Of a stretch of 64,000 nucleotides of DNA, positions 1-10,876 are shown piece by piece. The DNA comes from Promethearchaeota archaeon (GTDB lineage Archaea > Asgardarchaeota > Lokiarchaeia > Sigyniarchaeales > SOKP01), in contig JAEOTA010000081.1 in assembly GCA_016840085.1 (NCBI GenBank), forward strand, positions 160,001 through 224,000. The letters run 5' to 3'. The notes under the pieces were generated by a model. It saw only the letters and a program-made list of their open reading frames with translations, ran no database searches and was not told the DNA's origin. Position 1 is the stretch's first letter. Every line of letters begins with the position of its first letter. Made by a program: the position numbers and the translations under genes.

Positions 1-391
1 CTGTCAGAAGCCGATTTACTTCTTCTGGCATTTTTTGATCAAAGCTTCTTAATCCCGCTTCTACATGTGCTACTTTTATAAATAATTTTTTGGCAACCAA
101 TGCACATGCTAGTGTAGAATTAACATCTCCTACAACTAAAACTAGTGAAGGTTTATCTTTAAGAAGAAATTCTTCAAATTTTACCATAATTTTCGCAGTT
201 TAAGTTGCGTGAGAAGCTGAACCAACATTTAAATGTATATCTGGTTCCGGAATTTCAAGATCATTAAAATTTTTTTTTGACATATTATAGTCGTAATGTT
301 GACCTGTATGAATAAATTTATAAATGATATTTTTTTTTTTTAATTCTTGTATCAAAGGAGCGATTTTAACTAAATAGATTAATTTTTTCAT
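1..391 (-). pseudogene. wecB: Decayed UDP-GlcNAc 2-epimerase (WecB-like) copy, runs off window start
   Basis: Matches 39707..40807 ([40 protein letters not shown]). It lacks the N-terminal GARPNF motif and has an in-frame TAA at 200-202 where the intact copy has Gln; the frame continues to position 1. Confidence 0.9.
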
Positions 392-652
392 TGAATTTTG
401 TCTATTTTTTAAAATTAATAAAAGCTTATTTTAATAACTTAATAATATATTAATATTTAAATGTAAATTCTAAGGATTCATTTTAACCTTAAAAACCTCT
501 CCCTATCTTTAATAATTTTATCCTAAAGAGTTTTTATATTTATGAGTATAAAATAACTTATAAATATAAACTCAAAAACTTATAGTCTCTCTTTGGAACT
601 ATAAGATGTAAACTCGGGATTACCCTCTTTATTGCTCAATTTTATAGGATAA

Positions 653-1897
653 CTATGAAAGATAAATGAAGTAATAATATAAAATTGCTTCAATTAAATT
701 AAAGAAAAGTAATCCAATAATTAACATTATCCCACTATTCATAAAGAAACCTAATATTAAAAAAGATAATAATCCCAAGAAGGACAAAAATGAACTAAAA
801 GCAATTTTTTTATATCTACCTAAAGCTTGGATTTTACCTCCCAAGAAAGCAACTATTACCATTGAAAAAATTAAAAAAATAAAAACACGAATTATATTTT
901 TTCCATCAGTAGATAAATATAAATTGAAGAATTTGTATAAAATTAATTCTAAAGGGATAAAATCTAAAATGAAAAATATAAGGAAAGTTATAATTATTCC
1001 GACAACAATTAAATAGAACATATTTTTATTTTTTTGAGGTGTTTCTTCAACATTGGAAACAGAGAGGGTGGAAATTAGCAAATTTGAACAAAACATAGCT
1101 ATAAATGAAACGAAAAATAGAGATAAATCAAAAATCTTAAATGAATCAGGTGTCATAATTTTAATTGCAAGAAATACTACTAGCCAATTTCCAATAGAAT
1201 GAAATAAGGTATTAATGCTCAATAAAAATCCTTTTTTAATATTTTTAACAGCATTCAACAAATATTCTTTATTGAGTAATTTCTGTAATGAAAAAAATAG
1301 ATATTTCCAACTTGGTTTAGAAAGAATTGCCCCAATAATAAACGAAGATATAAGACTAAAACAATATAAATAGATAAAGAAATTTAAGTTAAGAAAAATC
1401 TGAATATTAAATATAAATGGAATTATAATTAAACCTTCAATAATTGCTGGTATAGATGTGATTAATGCTGATTTTACAGCATATCCACGGGCTCTTGTAT
1501 TGGCAATAAAAAATTCCATAAATGACCTAAATATTATACTTATCGAAAAAAATAATAATTGGAAAATGGAAAATACTTTTAGATAAAAAAATCCCATCAT
1601 AAATATAAAGATAAAGCCAATAAAATTTGTGATCCAATAAGATAAAGCAAAATTCATTTCAATATCCTTAGAAGTATTATTCAATCTAATTTCTCTAGTT
1701 AGTGGACTATGTAGTGTTAATCCAGCCATAGTTATAGTTAGAGCAAATGTTTGTAATGTTAGAGAAAAAATGGGATAATCTTTTCCAGCTAAGACAATTA
1801 ATGGAATGAATCTGAACGGTATTCTGCCCAAGAAAGAAATTACGGTTCCGATTGAAAGAATAAATGTAAATCTTTTGATAGATCTAATTTTTTTCAT
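653..1897 (-). CDS. Multi-pass membrane protein, probable Wzx/MATE-like polysaccharide flippase
   Basis: 414 aa, about 12 hydrophobic segments, glycosylation context; no diagnostic motif. Confidence 0.55.
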   Translation of the reverse strand: MKKIRSIKRFTFILSIGTVISFLGRIPFRFIPLIVLAGKDYPIFSLTLQTFALTITMAGLTLHSPLTREIRLNNTSKDIEMNFALSYWITNFIGFIFIFMMGFFYLKVFSIFQLLFFSISIIFRSFMEFFIANTRARGYAVKSALITSIPAIIEGLIIIPFIFNIQIFLNLNFFIYLYCFSLISSFIIGAILSKPSWKYLFFSLQKLLNKEYLLNAVKNIKKGFLLSINTLFHSIGNWLVVFLAIKIMTPDSFKIFDLSLFFVSFIAMFCSNLLISTLSVSNVEETPQKNKNMFYLIVVGIIITFLIFFILDFIPLELILYKFFNLYLSTDGKNIIRVFIFLIFSMVIVAFLGGKIQALGRYKKIAFSSFLSFLGLLSFLILGFFMNSGIMLIIGLLFFNLIEAILYYYFIYLS

Positions 1898-2409
1898 TTA
1901 ATTTACCGAATAAATTCACTGTCTTCAGAATGTTTAATTTACTTTGAATAATAGGATAATACCATAAACGATTGATTAATTAAAAAATATGATATTCTTA
2001 TTGTTTACGTAGTTCACACGTTTTTAAGTGAATTGAAAACTCTATTGAACTTATATTATCCATAAAAAACATTCTTGACTTATTACCACTATTTGAATTT
2101 TCTTATATTTCAGGGTCTTTTTTGATGTTTATTAATGCACGAATATTTAGAATTTGTATGCTTATAGATCAAGATCATATGAGTGATTTCACTTCTCAAA
2201 CTCTTAAATATCGCGAGGATTCCGCTCCAAGCATCCGAAGTAAAGTGAAAGATGATTATAAATTGGTAGAATTATTAATTGGAATAGAAAGGTAAAAATT
2301 TAAGAAATTACTTCATATAAATTTAAGGGTTATTGAGAAATTTAAATACAATAACTGATATTTGCAACTATCAAGAAAATAATACGTAAACTTAGTAAGC
2401 AATATAGAT

Positions 2410-3510
2410 ATGAAATTAAAAAAAATTTTTTTAGTAATAATGGGACTAAATCAGAGTAAAGCTTTAACTTATATTTTACCGATTTTGGAGACTATGAAGA
2501 TATACAAGTTATATGTAATCCGCGATTCACCTTTACTATTAAATGATGAAAGAATTATAAATATCAACCCACCAAAAAGATTTAGAAAGAATCCTCTAAT
2601 TAAATCAATTTATAAATTATTTTTATTGATTGTATTGAATTTCAGATATAAATTTGATTTAATATATGCAGTTCATATGTTTCCACATGGGTTAGTTGGT
2701 TGGTTTATTTCCAAATTATTTAAAATAAAATATGTATTCAACTTAATTGCATATGATGCTGAATTAAGATATTGGGGTAACACTTTTACTTTTATTACGA
2801 AAAGAGTACTTTTAGATGCGGATTACCTTATGATTGAAGGTTTTTTTGATCAAGATCAAATTAATTCTAAAAATAAGCTACTCAGTTTCTTTAAACAATT
2901 GAATATTGATTTTCATAAATTATTACCTGGTTATACAGCAGTTTTTCCAGAAAAATTTTTTCCGATAAAAAAAGAGATAAAATGGGATATAATTACAATT
3001 ACTAGATTAAATCAAATTAAGCGGATTGACTTATTTATTGAAATAGTCCAAAATCTATTGGATAATATTGACATAAATTGTGCTATAATTGGAGATGGTC
3101 CGTTATTAAAAAAATTAAAAAAACAAGTTGAAAATAAAGGATTAAAAAATAAGATTTGTTTTTTAGGACGAATACCTAATAATAAATTAAATCAATTTTA
3201 TAATAGTGCAAAGATTTTTTTATTAACATCTGAAAATGAAGGATTACCCGCAACTCTAGTAGAAGCAATGTTAACTAAAACTTGTCCAATAACAACAGAT
3301 GTAGGCGCGATTCCAAATCTTATTAAAGATGGCTATAATGGATTTTTATACTCAATAAATAATTTAAAAAATGCTGAAAAAATAATTATAAAATGCTTAA
3401 AAAATAATAATTTGCGAAAAACTATTGGAAATAATGGTAGAAAACGAGCATTAGAAGTATCCGCATGGAATCGTATCTCTACATGGAATAGAATAATACA
3501 AAGTATTTAA
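2410..3510 (+). CDS. Glycosyltransferase family 4
   Basis: IIGDGP and ENEGLPATLVEAM (E-x7-E) motif, TDVGAI. Confidence 0.9.
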   Translation: MKLKKIFLVIMGLNQSKALTYILPILETMKIYKLYVIRDSPLLLNDERIININPPKRFRKNPLIKSIYKLFLLIVLNFRYKFDLIYAVHMFPHGLVGWFISKLFKIKYVFNLIAYDAELRYWGNTFTFITKRVLLDADYLMIEGFFDQDQINSKNKLLSFFKQLNIDFHKLLPGYTAVFPEKFFPIKKEIKWDIITITRLNQIKRIDLFIEIVQNLLDNIDINCAIIGDGPLLKKLKKQVENKGLKNKICFLGRIPNNKLNQFYNSAKIFLLTSENEGLPATLVEAMLTKTCPITTDVGAIPNLIKDGYNGFLYSINNLKNAEKIIIKCLKNNNLRKTIGNNGRKRALEVSAWNRISTWNRIIQSI

Positions 3511-3721
3511 TATGGATTTTTTCTATACATTAAATTAGTTGTTTTGTTTCTAAAAGAAAAAGGGCTCGATATATAATTCGAGAATTTAATATGAAAGGAA
3601 AATAGAAATGCGATAAAGCATTTTTTTTTTATTAATCTTTAATCAAATTCTGCTATTATCTATTTATAAAATTTAATAAAGCTTATAATATTTTATCAAT
3701 TTATCTTCAGTAGAAAAGAGA

Positions 3722-4825
3722 TTGGGATTATTTTCAATGACTATAAAGTTAAGTATTACTGGAGATATATTTCTTTCGGATCAACCACATATGGTTGGCA
3801 TTGGGGTTAGATCTTGTACTAAAAAAACCAAAATTAGAGATTATCCTTTTCATAAAATTAAAAACCATTTAAAAAGATCAGATATAGTTTTTGGTAATTT
3901 AGAATCGAGTTTTAGCAATAAAAGGAATAAATTTATACTTAAACCATTTTTAATTGATATAAAGAGTGCTATGTCCTTGAAAAATGCAAATTATAATATT
4001 TTAAATGTTGCAAATAATCATATTATGGAAAATGGATTTGAAGGCTTTAATTTCACTAAAAAAGTTTTGAATAGCTTAAACATTAAACTCTTAGGACAAA
4101 AAGACAGTAAATGTGGGTATTATACTAAACCAATTATTCTGATAAAAGATAATAAAAAAATATCGTTTTTAGGCTATAGTTTAAAAGCTGATGATTTTGG
4201 GAAAAATGTTTTATACTCTATTTCGGATGAAAAAATGATCATTGAAGATATAAAAAGGATTAAGGAGAAGGAGAACCCCAATATTATTATAATATCTCTT
4301 CATTGGGGTGATGAATACATTAGCATCCCGCATCCCGAAAATGTTAAAATTGCCAGAAGATTTATTGATACAGGTGCTAATTTAATTATTGGACATCATT
4401 CTCATGTTTTAGCTCCTATTGAAAAATATAAAAATTCATTTATAATATATAGTCTTGGGAATTTTGTTTTTGATATGACATATCCATTTACTAACTATGG
4501 ACTATTGGTTGATCTAAGCATATCGGGAGAAAATAATGAATTATTTTTAAAACCCAATCTTATAGTGATTCAAAAAAATTGGATTCCAAAAATCCTAAAA
4601 TTAAATTTTAAAAAGATAATATATCCATCAAGAAAAATAGATGAAATCACAAATAATATTGATAAATATCTCTATATTCTATCTGTAAATAGACAAAACT
4701 ATAGAAAATCTTTTTATAAACTATTAATTAAAAATTTAATAAGAAATCCTTATTACTTAATTCCATTTCTTCTTAGGCTTATTAAACTTAGGAGATATCA
4801 TATAATTAAAAAAAAAAAGTGGTAA
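3722..4825 (+). CDS. CapA-family (poly-gamma-glutamate synthesis-like) metallophosphoesterase
   Basis: GDIFL, GNLES, ANNHIM, SLHWGDEY, IGHHSHV, YSLGNFVFD motifs; the real start may be the ATG at 3737. Confidence 0.85.
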   Translation: MGLFSMTIKLSITGDIFLSDQPHMVGIGVRSCTKKTKIRDYPFHKIKNHLKRSDIVFGNLESSFSNKRNKFILKPFLIDIKSAMSLKNANYNILNVANNHIMENGFEGFNFTKKVLNSLNIKLLGQKDSKCGYYTKPIILIKDNKKISFLGYSLKADDFGKNVLYSISDEKMIIEDIKRIKEKENPNIIIISLHWGDEYISIPHPENVKIARRFIDTGANLIIGHHSHVLAPIEKYKNSFIIYSLGNFVFDMTYPFTNYGLLVDLSISGENNELFLKPNLIVIQKNWIPKILKLNFKKIIYPSRKIDEITNNIDKYLYILSVNRQNYRKSFYKLLIKNLIRNPYYLIPFLLRLIKLRRYHIIKKKKW

Positions 4826-4856
4826 AATTATAGACTATCGTAAATTCTTATTTAAT

Positions 4857-6170
4857 TTGGGACATTTTCTAAATTATCCTTTTTTCTTTAAATTGTATAA
4901 CTGGTTAGATAATAACCAGTATAAGAAAAAACAAATAATGCTTAAGCAACAATCATTTTATTTAAAACAGATAGTCAACTTTTGTTATGAAAATGTAAAA
5001 TTTTATCGGAATAACCTTAAGGCTTTAAATCTATTGCCTAAAGATATTAAATTTATTGAAGATCTTTCAAAACTTCCAATTATCGATAAGAAAACAATAA
5101 ACCAAAATTATAATGATTTTTTTCCAAAAAATCTGAATAACATAAAATATATTGAAAGATCTACGGGAGGTACTACAGGTACTCCAATGAGATATCGTAT
5201 TACCAAATACGAGCGTAATTTAGCAGGCGCATTAACCTATCGACGCTGGAAAAGGGCAAATTATAAAATTGGAGATAGAATCTTAATTATTGGAGGTTCT
5301 TCAATTATACCTAATAAAAATACTTATTTAAAAGATTTAATAACTCGAACTATAAGAAATGCTTTTTATTTAGATTCTTTTAATTTGTCTGAGAAGATTC
5401 TTAGAAATGAGATCGATAGAATAAATAAATTTCAACCCAAATTTATATATGGTTATCCTTCTGCAATTGAATTTTTTGGTAGATGGTTATATAATAATGG
5501 ATATAGTTTAAATGGAATTAGAGGGATAGTAACAACCTCTGAAACATTATATCAACATATTAGGGTGAAAATTGAAAATTATTACGGAATTTCAGTTTTT
5601 GATAATTATGGTTTAAATGATGGCGGAATCTCTGCAGGTGAATGTAAAAAGAAAGAAGGTCTTCACATTGATACCGAAAGAAGTATTCTAGACGTAGTTG
5701 ATAACAATAATAATAATATTATTGGAGAAGAGGGTGAGATAATCGCAACCTCTCTTTTCAATTATGCTATGCCTTTTATAAGATATCGTACCGGAGATGT
5801 TGGAATTCTATCACCCACAACATACGAATGTGAATGTGGAATAAATTCTCCGATTCTTGAATCAATTAAAGGTAGGACTGTTGATATATTGATAACTCCA
5901 GAAGGTAATTTTGTTCATGGATGGTATTTTTTATATATTTTTTGGAATTATTGTAAAGGAATCATTTCTTACAAAATTGAACAGAATAATAAAGAGGAGA
6001 TTAATATTTATATTGTCCCAGAAAAAGAATCAGATTATAAAAATACAATTAAAAAAATTGAATTAGCTGTTAAAGCGAGATTTCCAACATGGAAATTGAA
6101 TTTTATAATTAATGAAAAAATTAGTTATAACAATAAAAGAAAATTCATTATAAATAACCTATTAAATTAG
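4857..6170 (+). CDS. CapK/phenylacetate-CoA ligase-like adenylate-forming enzyme
   Basis: STGGTTGTP P-loop, YGYPSA, YGLND, MPFIRYRTGD, GRTVD; the frame is open further upstream to ATT/ATA at 4827/4830. Confidence 0.85.
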   Translation: MGHFLNYPFFFKLYNWLDNNQYKKKQIMLKQQSFYLKQIVNFCYENVKFYRNNLKALNLLPKDIKFIEDLSKLPIIDKKTINQNYNDFFPKNLNNIKYIERSTGGTTGTPMRYRITKYERNLAGALTYRRWKRANYKIGDRILIIGGSSIIPNKNTYLKDLITRTIRNAFYLDSFNLSEKILRNEIDRINKFQPKFIYGYPSAIEFFGRWLYNNGYSLNGIRGIVTTSETLYQHIRVKIENYYGISVFDNYGLNDGGISAGECKKKEGLHIDTERSILDVVDNNNNNIIGEEGEIIATSLFNYAMPFIRYRTGDVGILSPTTYECECGINSPILESIKGRTVDILITPEGNFVHGWYFLYIFWNYCKGIISYKIEQNNKEEINIYIVPEKESDYKNTIKKIELAVKARFPTWKLNFIINEKISYNNKRKFIINNLLN

Positions 6171-6240
6171 ATGACCAAAAAATAGCAAAAAAATCAAAGA
6201 AGGAATTAATAAATCTTCCATACATCTAAAAGATAAGATA

Positions 6241-6366
6241 TTAGTTAAACTAAAAGATAGAAAAAATTTTATGGTTCTCATAAATATAATGAAACATTAT
6301 GAAATTTTGAAAATTAAAGAAATCGAAATTTCACTTGAAAATTTATTTGTAAATCTTATTAAGTAG
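6241..6366 (+). pseudogene. C-terminal remnant resembling an ABC transporter ATP-binding subunit
   Basis: Translates LVKLKDRKNFMVLINIMKHYEILKIKEIEISLENLFVNLIK*; the 'SLE.LF..L' end is typical of DrrA-type ATPases, and no ATPase core is present. Confidence 0.45.
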
Positions 6367-6399
6367 TATAGAGGTAATTACCGATTTCTATATTATTTT

Positions 6400-6637
6400 T
6401 TATATTATGCAAAATAATCCTTTGAAATAAGCCATTCTTGGTTATTAGTATACTAATTCACGGTCAATTCTAAACCCTTGTCAAAATTGCTTAAGTTTGC
6501 CATTTTATCATGATTGATAAAATACCTTAGGTCATGATCAGGTCGGTCCTTTACAAATGGTATGAGACATTCGGGTTTATCAAGTATTTTAAGAATCTTC
6601 TTAACTAAATCAATATTTAGTAACTCAGAATTTCACC
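6400..6637 (-). pseudogene. rmlB: 3' remnant of dTDP-glucose 4,6-dehydratase
   Basis: Reads NIDLVKKILKILDKPECLIPFVKDRPDHDLRYFINHDK versus NIDLVKIILKHLNKPESLITFVKDRPGHDLRYAINHDK in the intact gene (about 28090-28370); deletions and stops follow. Confidence 0.88.
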
Positions 6638-8512
6638 AAAAATAGATGAGCTATTCTTATATCTTAGAATTTCATAAATCAATATGCTATTCTCATCATA
6701 AATTAGCCGATAATAATCCGGTAATGAGTTAAGCTTAAGAAGAAATAAAATGAAATCATCTGTATATTCTGAATTTGTTAAATTCCCATGAAAGATGGGT
6801 AATATAGGAAAGGTATGAGGAGGATTGATATCAATAAATAAATATAGATATGATAATGGATAATAATTGGTTTTGAACTCATCTTTATCAAAGTCATCAA
6901 AAAACATATTCATGTAAGGAGTTGCCCATCTCATCGATACCCCTGATATTAGAGCCGTTAAACATAGTGATGTGACAAATCGGGAATCTTCTGGTAGGTT
7001 GGTGTTAATCCAATAACAAGCATTGTACTGTTCTTCTGTGTAACTTAAATTTCTATCATATATAGTTATAGATAATAATGATATGGATAAAATTAAAAAA
7101 ACTTTAGTTGATTTTTTTTTAAATATTGAATTGAGTTTAAAACATTTGGAAATTAAATAAAATCGTTTTTCATCAATTATCGTCATAAAATCAAATAATA
7201 AAAAAAATATATATATAGGCATTATAAAAGTTATAACTCTGAAGAATAAAAAACCTGCCCCATAAAAAAGACTTAAAATAACGAATATTGATGTTATATT
7301 AACAAATAATCTTAAATAAGACTGAAAATTTGCCTCGAATTTCTTTTTCTTTTGATATTTAAAGGAATAACGAAATTGGCTATAAAATATAACAAAAAAG
7401 ATTATCATGAATTCAATAGACTTTAATAATAATCTGTAAAGAGAACCTTCATGACGTGATCTAACAAATGTACCACCAGTATTCCAATTTATTATAATAT
7501 ACTCTTTTATATAATCGGATAAAGGTAAAATGGATATGAAACTTGTCAAAATAAAGGGAAATAATATAATTAAGAACATGACTATATAAAGCAACCCATT
7601 CAAAATTAGAACATGAAAATAGGTAATTTTTAATTCTTTTCTTTTAATAAGGAAATATATAAATCTTAAAATTAGCGCGATAAATGTAAATGCAACTAAT
7701 AAATATCCGTAAACATGAGATTGAACCGAAAAGAAATTTATAATAATTAAAAAAATAAAATTAATAATTGAGAATTTATAAGAAAGATATATTACTAAAG
7801 GCATAAAAGTTGCAATAAAAATCCATGGCATCATTGTAAAGATAATCCCAAAATTCATTGAAAGAAACATAGTAAATAAAAAAATAATATAAAAAATTAG
7901 ATTGTTTTCTCGTTTTTTATTGAAAAACTCTGAATGAATTAGAAATATTCCAATAAAAAAAATTGAAAATTGAATAAATGGAGCAATATAAAGAAAAATA
8001 AAATGAGGATTCAAACCAGTTAAATTACTTAATAACGCATAAATTTTATGATAATACAAATTCTGATAATTATTCATACGTGTTTCAACAACAAATTCAG
8101 AGAGATTTTCGTTGTTTATTAATAATTTAACAATATAAAGATGATCTAAACTATCCTCTGACCAAATTCTTTTATTAGCTAGACTTGGCCCTAAAGCAAT
8201 TAGTAAACTTAAAATGAATACTATTGAAAAATAAATGGTTTTTTTGTAATTAATTCTCTCATATAAAATTTTAATCAAAATTGCACAAGTCAAAAGTATT
8301 ATTAAAATATAAAAAAAAACAAAAAATATATTCAATCTTTCTAGATAATATCGATAGCCAGGAAGAAAATACCCTAAAAACCCTTTAACTAAAATATTTT
8401 GTGGATTAATTAGGCTAAGAATATAGAAAATGAATAAAAGAAGAAGAAGGAAGAAAATCATTTTAACCTTCAGAAACTTCCATTGATATAATTTTAGTAC
8501 AAATTTTTTCAT
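6617..8512 (-). CDS. GT-C-like multi-pass membrane protein (putative lipid-linked sugar transferase)
   Basis: Many TM segments, WSEDSLDH loop after an early TM, soluble C-terminal domain (ACYWINTNLPEDSRF...LIYDEN..IYEI) typical of archaeal GT-C/AglB-like tails. Confidence 0.6.
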   Translation of the reverse strand: MKKFVLKLYQWKFLKVKMIFFLLLLLFIFYILSLINPQNILVKGFLGYFLPGYRYYLERLNIFFVFFYILIILLTCAILIKILYERINYKKTIYFSIVFILSLLIALGPSLANKRIWSEDSLDHLYIVKLLINNENLSEFVVETRMNNYQNLYYHKIYALLSNLTGLNPHFIFLYIAPFIQFSIFFIGIFLIHSEFFNKKRENNLIFYIIFLFTMFLSMNFGIIFTMMPWIFIATFMPLVIYLSYKFSIINFIFLIIINFFSVQSHVYGYLLVAFTFIALILRFIYFLIKRKELKITYFHVLILNGLLYIVMFLIILFPFILTSFISILPLSDYIKEYIIINWNTGGTFVRSRHEGSLYRLLLKSIEFMIIFFVIFYSQFRYSFKYQKKKKFEANFQSYLRLFVNITSIFVILSLFYGAGFLFFRVITFIMPIYIFFLLFDFMTIIDEKRFYLISKCFKLNSIFKKKSTKVFLILSISLLSITIYDRNLSYTEEQYNACYWINTNLPEDSRFVTSLCLTALISGVSMRWATPYMNMFFDDFDKDEFKTNYYPLSYLYLFIDINPPHTFPILPIFHGNLTNSEYTDDFILFLLKLNSLPDYYRLIYDENSILIYEILRYKNSSSIFGEILSY

Positions 8513-8686
8513 TGATAAGACTTAAAATTTACTATTTTTTTTTCTCTTAAATAAATTATGTTTTCTATTAGTCTTCTTTTGGGTAATTATATCAAATTAA
8601 GTATTAATTGTAAGTTTATTTAATTTCATCTAAAAATAAATTGTAATTGATGATCTTCTAATGATTAGGATATAATATTAAATTGG

Positions 8687-10528
8687 TTAGAGGAGGAAAG
8701 GAATACACTCTCTCATCCTTGATTGAAAGTTTCGCTTTACATAAGGAATCAAAAATAGATATTCTTCATGAAGTTCAATACCCGGATATGAAATTATCCC
8801 TATTTTGTATGAACACAATTGTGCTGTGTCGAGAAAATCAGAGAGATTTTGGACTTCGCTATAAGATGCTTTCAGAGAATCCCAATCATCGAAGAATACA
8901 GGATATAACACCCTCTTCCAAGGCTGGAATACATGCAAATCCGGAAGAATCGTTAAATTGTCGTTAGAGCGATAAAGCTCTATATCATAATATACACAAT
9001 ATGCAGCGATTATGCGAACATTGTAATCTACGGGGAATCCTACTAGTATAAGCACTTGAATATCATCGTTTGCCAGATGGTTGCGTAGCGGTATTGAATC
9101 AAGATCGGAATCTGGCACTATTGGGGGATACAAGATTTGTGATCCGATTAGAAGTGTAGAGAGTGCCACCACAGCAATTCCACCAGAATATTTCTTAAGG
9201 TGTTTGATATTAGTAGAATCAATTCTATCTAGTAATGTGTTTAACCTACATGATTGGGATTTCTTCATAATTTCGTAAACCGCGGTGATTGAAATGAAGA
9301 CAAGTACAATCACGATACCTAACAGATGAACCTTATAGTGAGGATAATCCTTGGTAACTCCAGTCCATGATCCTTGAACTATTAAATATACAACTAATCC
9401 TATAAGCGTGATGAAATGGATCCAAAAGTCCCTAAGAAATTTTGATAACTTCTCTGAAATCCCTGAATGCAAAACTTGTTCAGAATCAATATTCAGATAT
9501 CCTCTTACCATGATGCCTACTACTAGAGCACATAGACAAATGAGGAAAATGGATCCCAAAAGGGGATCAATCTCGAGGTCGTTATAACCCAAGAATGGTA
9601 TCTGTGGAACTTGATATATAGCTATTCGGTAGATAATCATGAGATTATATTCCGATTTTAAAATTTGCAGTCCTGCATCTAAGAGTGAAGTACTCCCGTA
9701 GAAAGTTGGTAAAAAAATAGGTTGTAGAACCAAGAACAAATAAAACCAACCAGCGCTCAGAAATAATATACCGCCAAACACAATCAAAGATTTAATTGGT
9801 ATTGTTCCGATAATACCATATAGCATGACTATAAAACAGAGAACTATTGCGAAATATACACACGAATAGTCATAAATCATGAACAAACCAACAGACAAGC
9901 CAAATAATGCGGAATGTCGCAAATTGCTCAGGTCCAGTGTTCCCATTAGGAGAATGAGGAAAAGTATCTGACTCATAACTGCGGTGTAAAAATGAGAATC
10001 TCTGCTCATGTTAACTAGAGGTGGATAAAAGAGAAATATACTTGCAACAAATAATCCCGTACGTTGATGGTTTAGAATTTTGGAGAATATTCCATATGCC
10101 CAAACCCCGGCTAAAGTTCCGGAGATAATCGATATAAAACGGGCTCCAAACTCAATCGGAAAACCCAGATTCCCAAAACCTACGATGGATATTCCATTCA
10201 GAAAGTTTCCAAGTGGGGGATGGAGCCGATTGAATGGCGATCTTTTATATCCTAATAACGAATAAACAACCTTCACTGGATTATTCAAGTTTTCAAGGAT
10301 AAGCTCCACAGTAAATGCCTCTTCCAGAGCATAGGTACCTTCATCCCATCTCAGAGGTATTAGATCGATATTGAAGACTCGTATAAGGAATCCGATTACT
10401 ACGAGTATCATCATCAATATCATCATTAGTGTTTTCCTGCGGAAAAGGATATCGCGGAGAAACTCTTTATTCTCTAATACTTTTTCTGTTTCTGATTTGG
10501 AACGTACAAGATTATTGCTTGAACTCAG
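8687..10528 (-). CDS. ArnT/PMT-like (GT-C) glycosyltransferase; probable CTG start at 10528
   Basis: WDEGTY and HPPLG motifs, AR.IS...G; the frame is open 34 codons upstream of 10426 to a CTG lying 6 nt after GGAGGAG. Confidence 0.75.
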   Translation of the reverse strand: MSSSNNLVRSKSETEKVLENKEFLRDILFRRKTLMMILMMILVVIGFLIRVFNIDLIPLRWDEGTYALEEAFTVELILENLNNPVKVVYSLLGYKRSPFNRLHPPLGNFLNGISIVGFGNLGFPIEFGARFISIISGTLAGVWAYGIFSKILNHQRTGLFVASIFLFYPPLVNMSRDSHFYTAVMSQILFLILLMGTLDLSNLRHSALFGLSVGLFMIYDYSCVYFAIVLCFIVMLYGIIGTIPIKSLIVFGGILFLSAGWFYLFLVLQPIFLPTFYGSTSLLDAGLQILKSEYNLMIIYRIAIYQVPQIPFLGYNDLEIDPLLGSIFLICLCALVVGIMVRGYLNIDSEQVLHSGISEKLSKFLRDFWIHFITLIGLVVYLIVQGSWTGVTKDYPHYKVHLLGIVIVLVFISITAVYEIMKKSQSCRLNTLLDRIDSTNIKHLKKYSGGIAVVALSTLLIGSQILYPPIVPDSDLDSIPLRNHLANDDIQVLILVGFPVDYNVRIIAAYCVYYDIELYRSNDNLTILPDLHVFQPWKRVLYPVFFDDWDSLKASYSEVQNLSDFLDTAQLCSYKIGIISYPGIELHEEYLFLIPYVKRNFQSRMRECIPFLL

Positions 10529-10876
10529 GTATATCTCCTCCGACCGTGACTTATGGGCTAAATATTACCAACATCAAGTTTAAAATTCTATTCTCTTAAT
10601 ATAGTGATTGACGCTAGATGAAAACCTTCCTTAAACAGCCTTTCGAAAGAAAATATTAAAAATTAATAATCATATTATCAACATCATTTAAAAATTTATA
10701 GCTAATTTTAGCCATTCAGATTGACAAAAAACAATCAATAACAGAGTAGTATTGTTTAATGAATTAGACGAAAGATGAATAAAAATAGGTAATTCTACCT
10801 GAATATGTTAATTTTCAATATTTAATATTATTATCTCATATTTATATTTTAGATATTTCAACTTCTCCCTTCCAAT

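Noticed and set aside
200-202. In-frame stops in wecB, cmcI and fkbM as possible recoding (Sec, Pyl or an alternative code)
   Set aside because: The stops are mostly TAA, accompanied by deletions or frameshifts, and intact genes use all three stop codons normally
2158-2295. 45-codon ORF MLIDQDHMSDF...GIER in a slightly GC-richer patch
   Set aside because: No recognisable homology or context; may be another remnant but cannot be supported
329-4818. Long homopolymers (T13 near 329, A11 near 4808) as phase-variation switches
   Set aside because: Such runs are common in this AT-rich DNA; one is in a pseudogene and the other at a gene's extreme 3' end
10529-10541. GGAGATATAC resembling the T7 gene 10 RBS (vector contamination)
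   Set aside because: Only a 10-nt match with no other vector sequence; better explained as a native Shine-Dalgarno
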